Shown here: positions 60,962 to 64,000 of the stretch, in pieces
How the letters are laid out: each line of letters starts with the position of its first letter
How positions within the stretch are numbered: the first letter of the stretch is position 1
Assembly: GCF_044704955.1 (NCBI RefSeq)
Contig: NC_091999.1
Location: 35,154,001 to 35,218,000 of the forward strand
DNA from: Pristiophorus japonicus
Lineage: Eukaryota
Reading direction: 5' to 3'
DNA: 64,000 nucleotides
Notes under the pieces: model-generated
The model's input: the letters and a program-made list of their open reading frames with translations, nothing else
Database searches by the model: none
Told to the model about the DNA's origin: nothing
Translations under genes and position numbers: made by a program

Positions 60962-61780
60962 CCGGAAAGTGTGAGGTCATCCACCTTGGAAAAAAAAACA
61001 GTAAAAGGGAATATTATTTGAATGGGGAGAAATTAGAACATGCTGCGGTGCAGAGAGACCTGAGGTCCTTGTGCATGAATACCAAAAAGTTAGTTTGCAG
61101 GTGCTGCAGGTAATCAGGAAGGCGAATGTAATGTTGGCCTTCATTGCGAGAGGGATGGAGTACAAAAGCAGGGAGGTCCTGCTCACACTGTATAGGATAT
61201 TGTTGAGGCCGCACCTGAAGTACTGCGAGCAGTTTTGGTCACCTCACTTAAGGAAGGATCTACTAGCTTTGGAGGGGGTACAGAGACGATTCACTAGGCT
61301 GATTCCGGAGATGAGGAGGTTACCCTATGATGATAGATTGAGTAGACTGGGTCTTTACTCGTTGGAGTTCAGAAGGATGAGGTTTGATCTTATAGAAACA
61401 TTTAAGACAATGAAAGGGATAGACAAGATAGAGGCAGAGAGGTTGTTTCCACTGGTCGGGGACACTAGAACTAGGGGGCACAGTCTCAAAATAAGGGGGC
61501 GACAATTTAAAACCGAGTTGAGAGGGAATTTCTTCTACCAGAGGATTGTGAATCTGTGGAATTCTCTGCCAAGGAAGCAGTTGAGGGTAGCTCATTGAAT
61601 GTATTCAAATCACAGATAGATAGATTTTTAACCATTAAGGGAATTAAGGGTTACTGGGAGCGGGCGGGTAAGTGGAGCTGAGTCCACGGCCAGATCAGCC
61701 ATGTTCTTGTTGAATGGCGGAACAGGCTCGAGGGGCTAGATGTCCTACTCCTATTCCTAATTCTTATGTTCTTATGTGCT
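60962..61780 (+). mobile_element. Nested CR1 3' fragment
   Basis: ORF 61071-61598 encodes the ORF2 C-terminus; (TTCTTATG)n tail. Confidence 0.9.
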
Positions 61781-62139
61781 TCTGAGATGAGGAGACCCTT
61801 TTTCACCCAGAGAGTTGTGAACCTGTGCAATTATCTACCATAGAAAGTTGTGAATCCGATTCGTTGGACATATTAAAAATGGAGTTAGATGTGGCCCTTA
61901 TGGCGAAAGGGATCAAGATATATGGAGAGAATTCAGGAATGGGGTACTGAAGTTGCATGATCAGCCATGATCATATTGAATGGAGCTGCAGCATCGAAGA
62001 GGCGAATGGCCTACTCCTGCACGTACTTTCTATGTTTTTACGCTTCGGTATCAAATTATTCTCCAATAACGTTCCCATGAAGTGCCCTTGGACGATTTAC
62101 TACGTTGAAGGCACTATATAAATAGAGGCTAATTTTGTA

Positions 62140-62710
62140 ACTGTTGCCCAGGATGTTGTTTTGAGGTGATGAAGAGCTTGTTGCACAGGTTACTGTTGTG
62201 AGGGGATGAAGAGCTTGTTGCCCAGGTTACTGTTGTGAGGGGATGAAGAGCCTGTTGACAAGGTTACTGTTGTGAGGGGATGAAGAGCCTGTTGCCTAGG
62301 TCATTGTTGTGAGGGGATGAAGAGCCTGTTGCCTCGGTGATTGTTATAAGGGGATGAAGAGCCTGTTGCCTAGGTTATTGTTGTGAGGTGATGAAGAGCC
62401 TGATGCCCAGGTTACTGTTGTGAGGGGATGAAGAGCCTGTTGCCTAGGTTATTGTTCTGAAGGGATGAAGAGCCTGTTGCCTCGGTTATTGTTGTGAGGT
62501 GATGAAGAGCCTGATGCCCAGGTTACTGTTGTGAGGGGATGAAGAGCCTGTTGACCAGGTTACTGTTGTGAGGGGATGAAGAGCCTGTTGACCAGGTTAC
62601 TGTTGTGAGGGGATGAAGAGCCTGTTGCCTAGGTTATTGTTCTGAGGGGATGAAGAGCCTGTTGCCTAGGTTATTGTTGTGAGGTGATGAAGAGCCTGAT
62701 GCCCAGGTTA
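62140..62710 (+). repeat. 37-bp minisatellite (gttactgttgtgaggggatgaagagcctgttgcccag), ~15 units
   Basis: Read directly. Confidence 0.95.
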
Positions 62711-63794
62711 GTCCATCTCGCGGGCACTGGGACCTTGAAGCCCCACCAACTTATTGTTCCTGGGCAATGTGGTCGCGCATGCGCTGTGACCCTGCCCTGT
62801 GCAAGACGGTGGCCAGTGACCCCGCTGAGCCGGGCCTGCCACCACCGGGCATACCCGGGGGCCTGTGGGCCGGGATTGGGGCCTGAGGCCTATACCGGAT
62901 GTGTGTGAGGCTCCCCGGCCCACACGCGGATCCACATCCTTCCCCGCCCCTACAATCTCCGACCGCCTCCGTGAAGCATCTGACACACTCGAGCTCGGGG
63001 CAAACGCCGGAGCCGCAGGTTCTTGCTTGGGCCTGAGGCCCAACCCGGGTGTTTAGAAAGCCCCCCCCCCCCACTCGGTCCAGGGCTCCCCTGAGCTGCG
63101 CGCCGCCTCCCCGTTCCGGAATCTTCTCTCCGCCTCCAGCCGTTGGGCAGCCCACGGTCCAGGGGCATGTGACCAGAGCCCACGGCCTGATTGACAGGAG
63201 CTTTCACCCACTGGGGACTGAGATCGCCAGAACAGTGGGGGCCGGGTGTGATACGCACTGGAACGTGCTGACATCATGACGTCAATGCAACTTGATTCTC
63301 CTGAAGGAGAGAGGCTGGAGGTCAAGGTTGATGACATTCTGTGCTGACCCTTGACCTCCCTTGCTCCCCAGTGCAGACCAGGAGAGGTTGCACATTCCAG
63401 CTGCTCACTGTGGGGGTTGTCAGCTGACGCAGGCTGGGCTGCTGGTGGGCAGACTGCAGTTAAACTCACCGCCCTGGGCTCCTTCCACTGGTCACTGTCC
63501 ACTCACCACAGCAGCAAAGGCCAAGTCTGCAAAGGGACTATGATGCCCCCAACGTTGAATAGGCTGCCAACAATCATTGCATACCCTCACACATTGGCCC
63601 TTTCGATCGGCACTGGAAGGCAACCAGTGAATGTGGAACTGCTCACTGTGGAGGAATAGGAGGGTATGTTGATAGGGTGAGAGGAGGGTCGTGTGGCATT
63701 TAAATCCCGACGTGGACCAGTTCGGCCAAATGGCTTGTTCCTGAGCTGCACGTTCTAAAAATACCGTGAAAGGTCAAATCAAGGGTATCAGCAA

Positions 63795-64000
63795 CAACAA
63801 AAACAAAACTTGTATTTATATAACGCCTTTAATGTGTGAAACGTCACAAGGAATTTCACAGAATAATATAAGACAAAAAACTTGACACCAAGCCACATAA
63901 ACAGATATTAGGACAGGTGACCAAAAGCTTGGTCAAAGACATGGGTTTTGAGGAGCATCTTAAAGGAGGAATGAGAGGCGGAGAGGTTTAAGGAACGAGT
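63795..64000 (-). mobile_element. L2-type 3' end
   Basis: ggtgaccaaaagcttggtcaaagac... is the reverse complement of the L2 tail at 34940-35085. Confidence 0.75.

Larger units (their letters stand above)
57549..62040 (+). mobile_element. Decayed CR1 starting at the ORF1/ORF2 junction, carrying two nested insertions
   Basis: GGT TTA AAC TAA at 57556-57567, then APE and RT remnants; interrupted at 58239-58822 and ~60962-61780; resumes at tgagatgaggag ~61783. Confidence 0.9.

Noticed and set aside
62140-62710. Regular 37-bp (and 46-bp, 27-bp) repeats as a CRISPR-like array
   Set aside because: Head-to-tail units with no unique spacers, in a eukaryotic context
62710-63660. GC-rich stretch with several overlapping ORFs
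   Set aside because: No recognisable domain; probably decayed non-LTR fragments, but I cannot assign a family

Overview
Repeat-dense eukaryotic DNA. The repeat families and the zinc-finger exon type point to a cartilaginous fish (shark-like); this is an inference. No intact host protein-coding gene is supportable. The window is a mosaic of CR1-clade LINEs, one full-length decayed Gypsy (Mag-like) LTR element, L2/RTE/Tx1 fragments, Deu-type SINEs, Penelope-type repeats with hammerhead cores, a Harbinger-like MITE, several minisatellites, two truncated C2H2 zinc-finger gene remnants, and local segmental duplications. The CR1 set includes one near-intact full-length copy at 7933-12406 (-) and two decayed relatives. 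The most interesting signal is in that CR1 family. ORF1 (zinc knuckle/leucine zipper plus SGNH esterase) ends on an in-phase U_UUA_AAC slippery heptamer directly before its stop codon. The -1 frame runs without a stop into ORF2, whose first ATG is not conserved between copies. This suggests ORF2 is made as an ORF1-ORF2 fusion by programmed -1 ribosomal frameshifting. The same element has TATA-bearing 90-bp promoter monomers and an apparent 5'UTR intron. Boundaries of decayed repeats are approximate.
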